Shown: positions 10,053 to 20,770 of the stretch, piece by piece
How positions within the stretch are numbered: position 1 is the first letter of the stretch
Layout: every line of letters starts with the position of its first letter
Assembly: GCA_002104905.1 (NCBI GenBank)
Contig: MCFE01000431.1
Span: forward strand, 1-64,000
Origin: Basidiobolus meristosporus CBS 931.73
Lineage: Eukaryota > Fungi > Basidiobolomycota
Reading direction: 5' to 3'
DNA: 64,000 nucleotides
The notes under the pieces: generated by a model
The model's database searches: none
Told to the model about the DNA's origin: nothing
The model's input: the letters and a program-made list of their open reading frames with translations, nothing else
Program-made: the position numbers and the translations under genes

Positions 10053-13000
10053 TAGGTAAATCAGCCTTAACTGAGAATATTGAGTATGCAGGACAAATAA
10101 GTCCTCTTTGCGCGACTACCATACTCTCACAGTATCATAGACTATCAATCCAAGGTAGACACGGTTTACCAGTCCAGAAAGAATCGACATTTGGCAATAC
10201 CTCACAACGACATACACCGGAGGAACAGGGACACTTTACATTTGGTTGGTGCAAGGGTGAATAGTGCATGCAACATAGCCGGGTAGAGAAGCTCAATCAG
10301 CGTTGTGTATCAACTACCGCATTTGGAGAACTGGTGGGCTCCTACCTTAAGATGTCAGTGAGCCCTATTTAGCGCCAGTTTCAATGTTTGTGTACTCATT
10401 CCATCGAACTGTAAATAGTTGTATCGATATTGGGGGTTAAATTGCCGTAAATGGGATTTTTGGTTTAAGTCAACATACGATTGCATTATTCGTGAGACGC
10501 AAAACGACTCATACTACGATTTCTCAAGCAAGGGCTTGAAGCGTGCACACAGGAATGGCACTGTTCTTACGTAGTTGGTTATTTCATAGTCAATTACTCT
10601 AGTCCGGAGTAGTATATATAATACTGTTATTTTCGTCGATTTCAATATTATGGGATTTATCCACCAAATGAGTGAATATTTTATCGATTTTTTCCCTATA
10701 AATAGGGGGCATCTGTCGTTTGGTATCGTTACGACTGTACTTTACAGGATTATGTATATAGTACATTCCCAGTCTTTGTTTCCCAACAAAGACACTAATA
10801 CCAAGCTGGTAGATGAGATGTAGTGCGCTGTCCGTAAAGGGAAGTGTGAACTGTGGCCGATCGGTCTTTCGGGACCTTAGGACCTGTTCAGTTGATGAAC
10901 TTGCCGGTTGATTATTCCAACAGCCTGGCGAGGACGGTCTGCACATTCTGACAGCTTGTTGTTAACCAAATATCATTCAAAAATCAAATCAAAATACCAA
11001 TATCTTTCGCTACATATTCATATTGAAAATCAGCAAGCAAGGAAAAGAAAAATACTTAAAATTTTGTTTGCAAAATGACATACTTGTTTGATTACGATTA
11101 CAGTTTTCTGATCTTTAAAATCAAAATTCATAACTGGATGTTTAAGCGGGCACACAACTTTGCATAAAAATCGGAAAAGAGTAAGTCTGTAGTCGAACTT
11201 TATTGTAGCGGCTACTGGTGACCATCCACTCAGACTTGCCAACCTCTGACTGCTCCAGTGCGCTTGGTTTTCGTTGCTCTGTTGCCAGCCTCACGCGTTC
11301 CCCAAGTCTTTAATAACCTTGCCATCTCACAATTACTTGAAGATGCCAATGTCAACACTAGGCTCCAGAGGACAACGCCCTCGACATGGATCGAAATCAT
11401 CAGCAGGGACCCACTACTCAAGCCTTCACCCAACCAGTTCTCCAGAAGCTTGAGCTACAGATAGACGCCACTCTACCCAACTGCTCAATTGTTCGAAAAT
11501 CCAAATTTAACGAAAGATAGAATGAAGGGGCTAAGAGTTATGGGATTGAGATTATTTATTACAATGCTTTAATATTCATTACCATCGCTTTAAGCTACCT
11601 TTACTGTTCCTTAGTAGACCCATACCACACTCACATACCTCAGGAATGACTGTATGGTGACACTCCTGCGTAATGATTTCGGGCAATAGCTATCTGTGCT
11701 GGGGCATAAGGCCAGTGGGGGGGGGTACAGAGAGGCATTGTAATTATCAATCTATTTATCTCGCTTCTAGCTCGATCCCCTAGTACCACAGACACTGTTT
11801 CAAAGGTGAAGTCCTTACTCCGGTAAGTCAGGTCCAAAAGCGTACGTGTTCTCTTAAAATATGCCTTGCATTGTTGTATATTACACTCACATCTCAGTAA
11901 CCATGGTCTATGGGTAGACAAATGCGCCAAAGAAAACGCTCAATCCGGAAGAAGAGTGTTTGACACGGTTATTCTGGAGATTGCCGACTTGATTCCTCAT
12001 AGCTCATCTTACAATGGGAAGTGCGGAGTTTGGCCGGCATACCAACGCATGCACCGAAGTATTGAGGATGCATGGCTGTTATCGTACTTCTATTTCTCAT
12101 CCAAAAAGGCTTCATTGAAATGAATGAACAAACCTGCGGTGTTACATACTCAGTTTACTTGCCACCAACGCAGTGAATGTAGCCTCGATTCGGGTCTATC
12201 ATCTCAGCCCACCACTATGCCAAGACTAAACCCGCTCTAGAGACATGAACAACTTGAATGGATTGATGGCCTAACCGAATATTTTGTTATGGCTTGACAA
12301 GGACAATGAACAGCACTTATTGATTCATTAAATTGCACTTTGCTCATTTCACCAGTACTCTTGGTTCAACTCTAAGTAGGGCAATAGTGGCAATACCAAG
12401 TCTAACAACGCACTTGTATGCACAAGCACATGTCGGGATATGAGGGAAAGAGGATCAGGCAGTTAGTGCCCAGATGGTAAATATCTTAATCTTCAGTGTG
12501 TATTTCCACGGGTAAAGTCTTATTAATGTAAGCTGCGGATAAACTTCACCACTTTAATGAATGGAAAGTAGTAAGCTTCTTATCCACAAAGCCATTGCAT
12601 ACCACTTAGTCATATCTATATTTACTTGTATGTGGAATGACGAAAAATCAAAGAGTCATCCAACAAACACTTGCGTGTTATTGCAAATAGCGGCATCTAG
12701 ATTTAAAATCAAGATTCATCGGTATTTTTGGGGTTCTCTAGCTAGTGTTTATCGCAGACCATGTGCAACAATGTTATATATCATTTATACTTTATAAGCG
12801 ACAGTGTTACCTGCATATGTTGATTGAATATCATTACCGCTTTAAGTCTCAAACGGTATTCACTCTCATTCCATTGTTACAGACTGCTTAGCCACAACAG
12901 CCATAGAATGTACATGCTACAGTAAACGTAATTATCAACATTGTCTATGCATCTCGAGGTCCTGATTTACTTTCCCGTTAGAGACCAAAGATGCCTTATT

Positions 13001-13124
13001 GGTGTAGAACTACCCCTACACAATAGCATATCTGAAGAGCAACCCGGTTTATGGATTTTGATTTTGTGTATTAATACCACATTAACTCTGTATCACTATG
13101 CCATAATGCTGCAGCTTTGTGGAA

Positions 13125-13238
13125 CTGGTTTACATTACCCAGGTAGCCTTCTGAGCTGGTTTACATTACCCAGGTAGCCTTCTGAGCTGGTTTACATTAC
13201 CCAGGTAGCCTTCTGAGCTGGTTTACATTACCCGGGTA
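13125..13238. repeat. 31-bp tandem repeat, 3.7 copies
   Basis: CTGGTTTACATTACCCAGGTAGCCTTCTGAG x3 plus a 21-nt partial copy with one substitution; no spacers. Confidence 0.95.
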
Positions 13239-13383
13239 ACTTTCTTCTCTTGCACAACCATTTGTAGAGCTAGCCACAGCGACTATTGACAAAAGTATGT
13301 GCAACAATGGGGAAATGACGCCTATATATTGAGCTCACCTTGCTGCTAGACATCATTCACACACTAAGCTCTCAATCAAAACA

Positions 13384-13566
13384 ATGATAAAGAAATTTGC
13401 AGTCTCCTTGATGGTCGCCTTCCTTGTGGCCAGCTCCAGTTCCGGCTCCGTAGATGCTCTCTCGTGCCAAGCCCAAGGGAACTCAAGAGGCTCCTTGTGC
13501 GTTGAAGATCCGTGTTCTGGGATACTGGATGCAAGTCTGGCCAAAGATGCTGTATCTGATGATTAA
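13384..13566 (+). CDS. Small secreted peptide precursor (60 aa, 3 Cys)
   Basis: TATATA at ~13323, ACAATG start context, hydrophobic signal MIKKFAVSLMVAFLVASSSSGSVDA, and AATAAA overlapping the stop. Confidence 0.65.
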   Translation: MIKKFAVSLMVAFLVASSSSGSVDALSCQAQGNSRGSLCVEDPCSGILDASLAKDAVSDD

Positions 13567-13948
13567 TAAATCTATTACGTTCAATGTTGAATGCTAGAAA
13601 TAATGCAAGTATACAAAGTAGCCGGATAAAGAAGTAAACAGTGTATGTTGGGGTATTCTAACCATACATGCTACACATCATTTACAACAGTATAAATAAA
13701 AGTGCTACTCTGTCAAAAACCTTTGGTGGATGCTGGACAATAAGTATAAATACACTAGTAGATGTATGTGACTATTTATTCCCATAAGATCAGGGCCTGG
13801 GATCCCATTATAATCACTAATTAGTCTTAGTGCTTCTGTTTGATGCTTCCTATTCTGTTTATAGAATCATCAACCTAGACTAGTGCTTCCAACAGTAATA
13901 TTTGTGTGTGAATTTCATGATAGCATATTACCAAATCTTGTGAAAGGT

Positions 13949-13997
13949 TATTCACCCTATTCACCCTATTCACCCTACTCACCCTACTCACCCTATT
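13949..13997. repeat. 9-bp tandem repeat (TATTCACCC)3(TACTCACCC)2
   Basis: Read directly; the minus strand is (GGGTGA[A/G]TA)5. Confidence 0.9.
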
Positions 13998-14658
13998 AGG
14001 ATCACTTAACCTACAGGCAAGCTCCCAAATACATAAACTGCCAATAGACAGTATTTGCGTGATATCAGGGTAAAACAAATCTAGCAAAATACCTATATGG
14101 CTGCAGGAGGACTCAAATAAGAGTTCTAGATAATCTATTTTTCCTGCTTAGAAACATGTTGATTTCTTCAGCACCTACATAGATCAGCGCAATAGCTGTT
14201 GCAGATTCAAAGTGGCGTCTGGCTGATAGATGCTTAACGGTCTCAAGGTTATTTTGGATATACTCTGAGTTCTAGATTGTTTGGCAACATAAATTAAACA
14301 AAGCCTTTTCTAAAGGAAGCCAACGCTACTAAGGCAAAAGCAAAGACCTCAGGGGTGCCATATCATATTGACCGCAACAGAAAAGGATTGTCTTCAGAAG
14401 TGCGGAGCGTGCGACATGATACTGATTGCTGGAACGGATGCCTGTACATGGCAGTTGTACACGTGTATCTGATCAAAACACTTGAACAATCAAAGTAGCA
14501 GTTCACACATATGTTAGATGCTCACAGTGCAATGAGCATAATACAGCTGGGTCAAAGGAACGCGGATTTGAACTCATTTATTTCACAATGCTTCCGCTAA
14601 ATATCCATAACAGCAACATCTCCAAGAGTCCACCGGCTAAGTAGGCACCAACCAAACC

Positions 14659-14877
14659 CTACAAAATTACCCATGTCTGGCTATCCACGCAGGCGGTCCC
14701 CTTTCTTCCTTCGAGGATCTGCTTGAAGGACAGCTCGCCAGTTCCGGGTCCTCTCCAAGTCCAGCGAATCCCTTTGACTGTGACTGAGGCGTAGTTCCCG
14801 TTGTTAGCTCTCTTGGCTCTGGCAATTTCTTCTCTGACATCGGCAGAATACAAACGGGCTTCTTGATCGGATACCAT
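14659..14877 (-). CDS. Small orphan protein (72 aa), no signal peptide
   Basis: TATAAA ~55 nt upstream and GCCATGG context. Reads MVSDQEARLYSADVREEIARAKRANNGNYASVTVKGIRWTWRGPGTGELSFKQILEGRKGTACVDSQTWVIL. Confidence 0.45.
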   Translation of the reverse strand: MVSDQEARLYSADVREEIARAKRANNGNYASVTVKGIRWTWRGPGTGELSFKQILEGRKGTACVDSQTWVIL

Positions 14878-15195
14878 GGCTGAGAAAGTGGAGTGCAATA
14901 AGTCTTGAGACTGACAAGCCCACACCTGCTGCTTTATATCACCTTATCCAGGTGGTGGCTTAGTGTTGGCTGCTTCATGTGCCCTTTTCTACTAAGTATA
15001 GCGGCTTCCCACCTAAAGTGCTGAGTCTTAGGCCAAGCTTGGAGAAATAATCCAGAAATCATGAATGATTACAGTTGAGGCCAAATCTGCAACATTACCT
15101 GAGGAAACCAGTACTAGCTAAACACATCCATGAATATTTCCTTCTTGCCGGCACCGTCTCTATGCACCATGCCGGTCATTGGTGACAAGGATTTG

Positions 15196-15765
15196 CACCA
15201 ATCAGCAATGAGTCTGTTCTTGAAATAACAGGTTATATAATCAACCTGCCCAAAAGAATGACCGTGGTAGTCGGTGGCTGAGCTCTTAATCCGACGCTGT
15301 ACTCCATCTGTGGCAGGGTAAAGTTTGCAATAGATAAGTGCATGTGTCTTGCAAGAAAGCATCGCCATCCAAGCTATTGATTGTAGCAGCATAGATAAAG
15401 CGTAACACAAATAAAGTGAACAGGCACAATTGGCTTGTTTCTTGACAAATAACTAATTGAAAACGCGTGTACTACAACAAGAAATTCCAAGGCAGCCTCA
15501 ACTATCCCAAGCACTATCCACTCAATATCCCCAACTCTTGGCAAAAAACTAACCAATTTCTTCTCGCCTGTACTGTGCTGTACACCCTATGACAGTCGTA
15601 TCGTTCACCAATCAGCAACAACCCTAGGTTCTTGTAATAACAGGTTAATTTAATAAGCCTCCCCCAAAGCTTGACTGTGGTTGCTGCTCTCCAGTTGCGG
15701 CAGGGTCAGATCAGCAATATATTTAATCATGTGTACAGCAAGAAAACAGCACTACCAAAGGACAA
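15196..15765. repeat. Diverged direct repeat (~170 bp) at 15196-15370 and 15606-15765
   Basis: Both copies share CACCAATCAGCAA...GTTCTTG.AATAACAGGTTA...GCAGGGT.A...CATGTGT...GCAAGAAA. Confidence 0.6.
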
Positions 15766-16215
15766 TACCTTCCAGGCAATGACAGGACTATTGTAAGAGA
15801 CACTTGCCTTAAAGATGGAATAAAGATACCAAAAGTGCATGTTAAGCTCACAGGACTACACTGATACAAAAGAGTACCAAACCCCATTGAAATTGACCGC
15901 AATGACCTTGGACTTTCTCGACGGTAACCCTCAAGCTCATTACTAAAAAATTACCGAAGTCCTTACTAACACGGATAGTTATTGCAAAAACTGAGAGAAT
16001 TTGGAACGATATTAAGGATATCATTGACCAGATCGCCCTCATTCCTCACACTTTGAAGTGCAACCTATACTGTGTAGCCTTGGTACGAAGAGGTAAAGTA
16101 GCAAAGGTTAAATCAATCTAGCTCGCATAAAGCTAGCGCTATGAACGAAGCCTAATTGAGTGGGATCGAGGTGATATAAATCGGCAAAATTCGCATGAGA
16201 CTCCACCAGCCAGTC

Positions 16216-16746
16216 ATGCAGCTTTCCTTCCTCTTGCTAGTTTCCGCCATCGCTTCGTTGCAAGCAATCTCCGCTACCCCACTCGGTGACTCCCAGGTAG
16301 CCTTCACCAATGAGCCATGCGTCGAACAACAGGGTGCTTGTTATCAGGACACTTCGGTCCCCAGTCAAGAATACCAGCCGTCAACTGAGGAGGTGGATGA
16401 TTCGGAGATGAGTGCTCCAATGCAGACAAGCGAGACTCCGGGTGAGCAGCCAGGATTCTCTGGGTTGCAAGGGTTCGACATTTCCAATCTTCAACCATCC
16501 CAAGCCTTGTTGGACAACATCAATGGCCATTCTGCCAGTAAAGCCAATGCCTTGTCCAACTCAAACCAGTTCGACCAAGCGCAAGTCATTGATCAAACTC
16601 TGTACCAGCCCAAGCAGCAACAGCCACAAATTATCATCACTCAGCCAGCAGCACGTGCGCTTAGAGGGGGATACAAGAAGTATAAGAGATCTGCTCGTCG
16701 CCACTTCAAAGTTAGATATTTCAGTGGAAACAGATACTCGGATTAG
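16216..16746 (+). CDS. Secreted protein family A, intact copy (A2, 176 aa from the conserved ATG)
   Basis: Signal peptide MQLSFLLLVSAIASLQAISA, a C-x6-C motif, an acidic and Gln-rich middle and a basic tail. TATAAA at ~16175. The ATG at 16216 is conserved in all three paralogs; the one at 16195 is in frame only here. Confidence 0.8.
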   Translation: MQLSFLLLVSAIASLQAISATPLGDSQVAFTNEPCVEQQGACYQDTSVPSQEYQPSTEEVDDSEMSAPMQTSETPGEQPGFSGLQGFDISNLQPSQALLDNINGHSASKANALSNSNQFDQAQVIDQTLYQPKQQQPQIIITQPAARALRGGYKKYKRSARRHFKVRYFSGNRYSD

Positions 16747-16969
16747 CAATAGAATAAAGACAAAAGCCATGTAACTACACATATCAGGTTTAGTCATGAT
16801 GAGCTCCACAAAATAATGGAAGGAAATTGAAAAAATAAGAAACTATGGAAACGTTTGTAAAATACTGAGGGTATGAGTAATGACCTGATTAGTCAAGGAA
16901 AGGTGAGCTATGCTATACATAATAGGAATTTACCCAGTACACAAATTCATTATTCAACTGTTTCTCCAC

Positions 16970-17265
16970 ATGCGCTTTGTTACCGTAGCAGTGATTCCAG
17001 GCCTTGCCACGAATCATGTAGCCGTTGCTGCCCCTGTTCTTTTCCACGCACTCGCGAGTATAGAAGGGCTCATTATCGCATCTCCCCATGTGCACAGTAT
17101 GCAGCCGATTACTACCAAAACACTCGAGCTTTACCTGTCGTTAAGACGCCCAATGTCCAATCCCCGTTATTGCGCCAGGCTTTCACCACCGTGATCAGAA
17201 AGCACGATAACCTGAACATTACTAATGCCAACGGCACTAAAGGCCTCGTGACAAAATACAGATAA
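16970..17265 (+). pseudogene. Family B pseudogene (B2)
   Basis: MRFVTVAVIPGLATNHVAVAAP is followed by a 7-nt deletion (CAATCGG present in B1) that shifts the frame; the 3' ~190 nt are deleted. Confidence 0.8.
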
Positions 17266-18154
17266 ATCAACCTAAACAGAGAATATTGAGTAGGCAAAAC
17301 AAATAAACCCTCCTTGCGCGACTACCCTACTCTCACAGTCTCACAGACTATCAATCCATGGTAGACACAGTGCACCAGTCCAAAAAGAATTGATAACCTA
17401 CAACGACAGACATCGAAGGAACAGGGACACTTCACATTTGGTTGGTAGCAAGGGTGAAATAGTGCATGCAACAGTTCAATCAGCGTTATGTATCAACTAC
17501 CGTATTGGAGAACCGGTAGGTCCCTACTTTGGGATGTCAGTGAGCCTTTGTAAACGCCATTTTAAATGTTTGTGTAGTTGCTGCATCGAACTGTAAAATA
17601 AGTGTATCGATATTGGGAGTTAAATTGCCGTAAACATGATTTTTGGTCTAAGCCAAAATACGATTGTAGTATTCGTGAGACGCAAAACGACTCATACTAC
17701 GACTTCTCAAGCAAGGGCTTGATGCGTGCACACAGGAATGGCACTGTTCTTACGTAGTTGGTTATTTCATAGTCAATGTTTCCAGTACGGAGCAGTATAT
17801 ATAATACAGTTTTTTTTGTCTCTTCTAATATTGTGGGATTTGGCCACGAAATAAGGGAAAATTTTTTCGATTTTTTTCCCCTATAAATAGGAAGCATCTG
17901 CAGCTCGGTATCGTTACGACTGTACTTTACAGGATTATGTATATAGTACATACCCAGTACACTAAAGGACGGTTTGCGCATTCTGACAGCTTGTTGTTAC
18001 CCAACTATCATCCAAAAATCAAATCAAATCAAATCAAAATATCAATCTATATTGCTACAAATTCACATTATAAATCAGCAAGCAATGAAAAGAAAAATGC
18101 TTAAAATTTTGTTTGCAAGATGGCAGTGATAGATAATTCTTAGGTGAATTCTAT

Positions 18155-18172
18155 TATATATATATATATATA
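18155..18172. repeat. (TA)9 microsatellite
   Basis: Read directly, just beyond the end of duplication block 2. Confidence 0.9.
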
Positions 18173-18882
18173 CTATTTACTATATTCCTACTAACCTCAT
18201 CAACTAATATAGTGACACCAATATCCACATCCTTTCATCTCAATGAAGGTAGCAGCTTAGTCGCAATAACTGACCATATAAATCAGTAAATCTCTTTCAG
18301 AGTTTTTTATCCTTAATCCCTGTTACCTTATTTTTCGTATTGACACCATTAAACCATAAATAGCCGAACCGGTGTGTGCTAAGTGTAGGATATCTCCATA
18401 TTGAGGTAAATTGATTTAGCTACACACGACATTACTATAAGCAGGAACTACTCGTAACTTAATTCCGGCACTTTCCATCTTGGCGAATGTTGCGGGGGCG
18501 AAATCGCATTAACCAGAGACGTTTTGTAATTGGTGTATGGATCTGGAAGCCAAAACACTGGAAAGTTATTGCTGTTACTAGTTGGTAATTACCATATTAC
18601 TTGAGCCACTATGTTCCCTCGGATAAACTTGCTCGACACAAAGAAAAAACCCAGGAAAATCGAACTCAAGACTTCGAGCGCAATCAGATTCCGCTATCAG
18701 ACAAGCTTCCACCAGTAATAAGCCTTCTCTTTGGAACACTTTCTGATAAGCAATTACCAGCACTAAACCTTCTCTTTGGAATACTTTGAGATAGGCAATT
18801 CTTCCAAAAATTTTCCTACTAGTAACTGAGGTTTGGGGAACCAATATAAAAGAGAAACGTAGCATGGTATGCTGCCATAACA

Positions 18883-19581
18883 ATGCTTTTCCGTATAACT
18901 GACCTCGCTATTCTGGGTGTACTTGCCGCCTCTGTAACAAGCAAGCCTCTGGACCCTAAGATTGGCACAAACGGATTACTTCCTCCCTTGACATACTCCC
19001 CTATTGTGGAGGAGTTTCCGCCTAACCTGCCATTCACAAGTGTAACACATCAATGCCTGATCAATAGTATGAACTATCCCACTTGGTATTCGGCCGTGCT
19101 TTCCTCCGAAGCAGACTTGCAGTTCCTAGACTGGGAGTATCCAATGAACGAAACTAACTACCAGGTTGATGATAGCGAGACCTCTGTGTCCCCTAACTCC
19201 ATTCCCAACGGAGTCATGGGCTATTGTAACGGAGAGGATGGCGCCTATGGATCTACCTATCAGTTGTATTATCCAAAGATCAACCAATGCTACAACATAT
19301 CGCCCAAGCCCAATGTGGGAGTTATGAATTTCAGTCCTTTCGCTGAGAATACTTTCTGCTTCTTCAGTGAGGCTAACTGCCGTGGAGAGCGTGTGTGTGT
19401 CTACCGAAGCCTATCAAATCCTAGCTCAGATGGATTGATTGTCCCAGCAACTACCAATATGCTAAGCAACGGAATCCTCAGTACCTTGGCTTTGTCTCCC
19501 AAGCCAGCAGATGGATATGTTTCACCACTATGTAGTGTGATTAACCCTCCCAACACCCATCTTGAGAGGAGCCAGTGCTGA
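18883..19581 (+). CDS. Secreted Cys-containing protein (232 aa), unknown function
   Basis: Intact intronless ORF, ACAATG context, signal peptide MLFRITDLAILGVLAASVTS, 8 Cys. Confidence 0.8.
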   Translation: MLFRITDLAILGVLAASVTSKPLDPKIGTNGLLPPLTYSPIVEEFPPNLPFTSVTHQCLINSMNYPTWYSAVLSSEADLQFLDWEYPMNETNYQVDDSETSVSPNSIPNGVMGYCNGEDGAYGSTYQLYYPKINQCYNISPKPNVGVMNFSPFAENTFCFFSEANCRGERVCVYRSLSNPSSDGLIVPATTNMLSNGILSTLALSPKPADGYVSPLCSVINPPNTHLERSQC

Positions 19582-19940
19582 AGTAAAGACTAGCACCAAC
19601 ATATAGATAATCAATAAACAGCAAATGAAATCCCACATGCACTGAAGCAATAGCAAACGACAGTTATCTTAACGATAACCAACATCCATGACCCAATACC
19701 CTGTACACTACACACAATGTAACTTTCAAGACTAACGTAGTTAATAATACCATGGTTGAATACTCAGCGTAAGTGGAGTGAGTGCTATTTAACCAAAATT
19801 ATGCGATAATCGTCCAAGCGTGAACTACTAGCAGGTATAGTGACTTGCAGTGTCACGCCGGTTAATGACATTGGCAGTCAATGTCGATATGGAATCAGTT
19901 CATCTATACTTACAAACAATGCAAGCGCCGGACGAATCAG

Positions 19941-20770
19941 TATTATCTCACATTACCTGGTCCAGCTTTTGTAATACCTCCGTGATTGCGTCACGTGTCA
20001 ATAAAATTTTGCGTGCTCAATCACGATTCGATTCTTCCAAGTGGCAGTCTATACGGCTTCACGAATATTTAGCTACGTAAATAGTCAGACGACAGTAACG
20101 TACATGTAAGCTAAAAGCTCACTAATTTGACACTAAAAGATGCACGCCTATTGACTCTCCAAAACTACGAAAGTCAGGTAGTCTGAAACCTTCATCTCCC
20201 CGAAGCCACTCAGCCCAAAAGTAGATTCGTAACTAGAACGTATAGACAATCAAAGCATAGGCGGTCATGTCTATCCCCCCCCTGCTTGATGTATATTACA
20301 TAACACACCATAAAAGCCATCGTAGTTCTAACCAAAAATGGTCAGTATCTCAACTACTTGATAAGTGATCATCATCAAAAAAAATGATCATTTGCCAGAA
20401 ATTTCGATCAATTTGTCATCCAGTTTCACGAGCCCATTATATAACGTGACTCGATGAACCTGGTTTGGTATTCAGAACTAAATTACAATGCCAGCCAACC
20501 TTCCACGCAGAGCACTACTAGCCATCACCAGCTATAACGAGCCCTTCTACGCCAACGGCAGTAAAACCGGACTGTTTTACACCGAAGCATTGCATCCTTA
20601 CGAAGCGCTTGTTGAGGCCGGGTTTGAGGTCGATTTTGCGTCCGAGACTGGTACCTACGGAGTGGATGAGCACTCCCTCTCTAAGGATTTCCTGTCCGAA
20701 GATGATCAAAAGGTGCTGGCTGACCCTTCACATCCTTTCAATGTCAAGCTGAACTCGCAGCTTTACAAGG
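19941..20770 (+). repeat. Duplicated DJ-1 upstream region plus 5' CDS; partner at 23335-24190
   Basis: Near-identical sequence, e.g. GTAATACCTCCGTGATTGCGTCACGTGTCAATAAAATTTTGCGTGCTCA and the proximal ~300 nt, with one diverged internal stretch. Confidence 0.9.

Larger units (their letters stand above)
8856..11075 (+). repeat. Segmental duplication block 1 (promoter + A1 + B1 + downstream); partner at 16107-18120
   Basis: Collinear high nucleotide similarity throughout, differing mainly by short deletions. Similarity ends at AAAATTTTGTTTGCAA in both copies. Confidence 0.9.
16107..18120 (+). repeat. Segmental duplication block 2 (promoter + A2 + B2 + downstream); partner at 8856-11075
   Basis: Collinear with block 1; lacks ~190 nt at the 3' end of B and ~170 nt downstream. 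Confidence 0.9.

Noticed and set aside
13125-13238. 31-bp direct repeats as a CRISPR array
   Set aside because: Units are head-to-tail with no spacers, there are no cas genes, and the context is eukaryotic.
15880-16100. Remnant paralog of the 8169 gene upstream of A2 (NLYCVALVRRGK vs NLVCGITKQKGGK)
   Set aside because: Similarity is too short and no nucleotide alignment was visible.
16195-16215. Upstream ATG as the start of A2
   Set aside because: It is out of frame in A1 and absent in A0, lies only ~15 nt from the TATA box, and adds a non-signal extension.
16708-16732. 23-nt GT...AG segment in A2 that is absent from A1, as intron loss
   Set aside because: Too short for the ~55-160-nt introns seen here, and A1 retains one extra G, so it is a 22-nt AG-bounded deletion rather than precise splicing.
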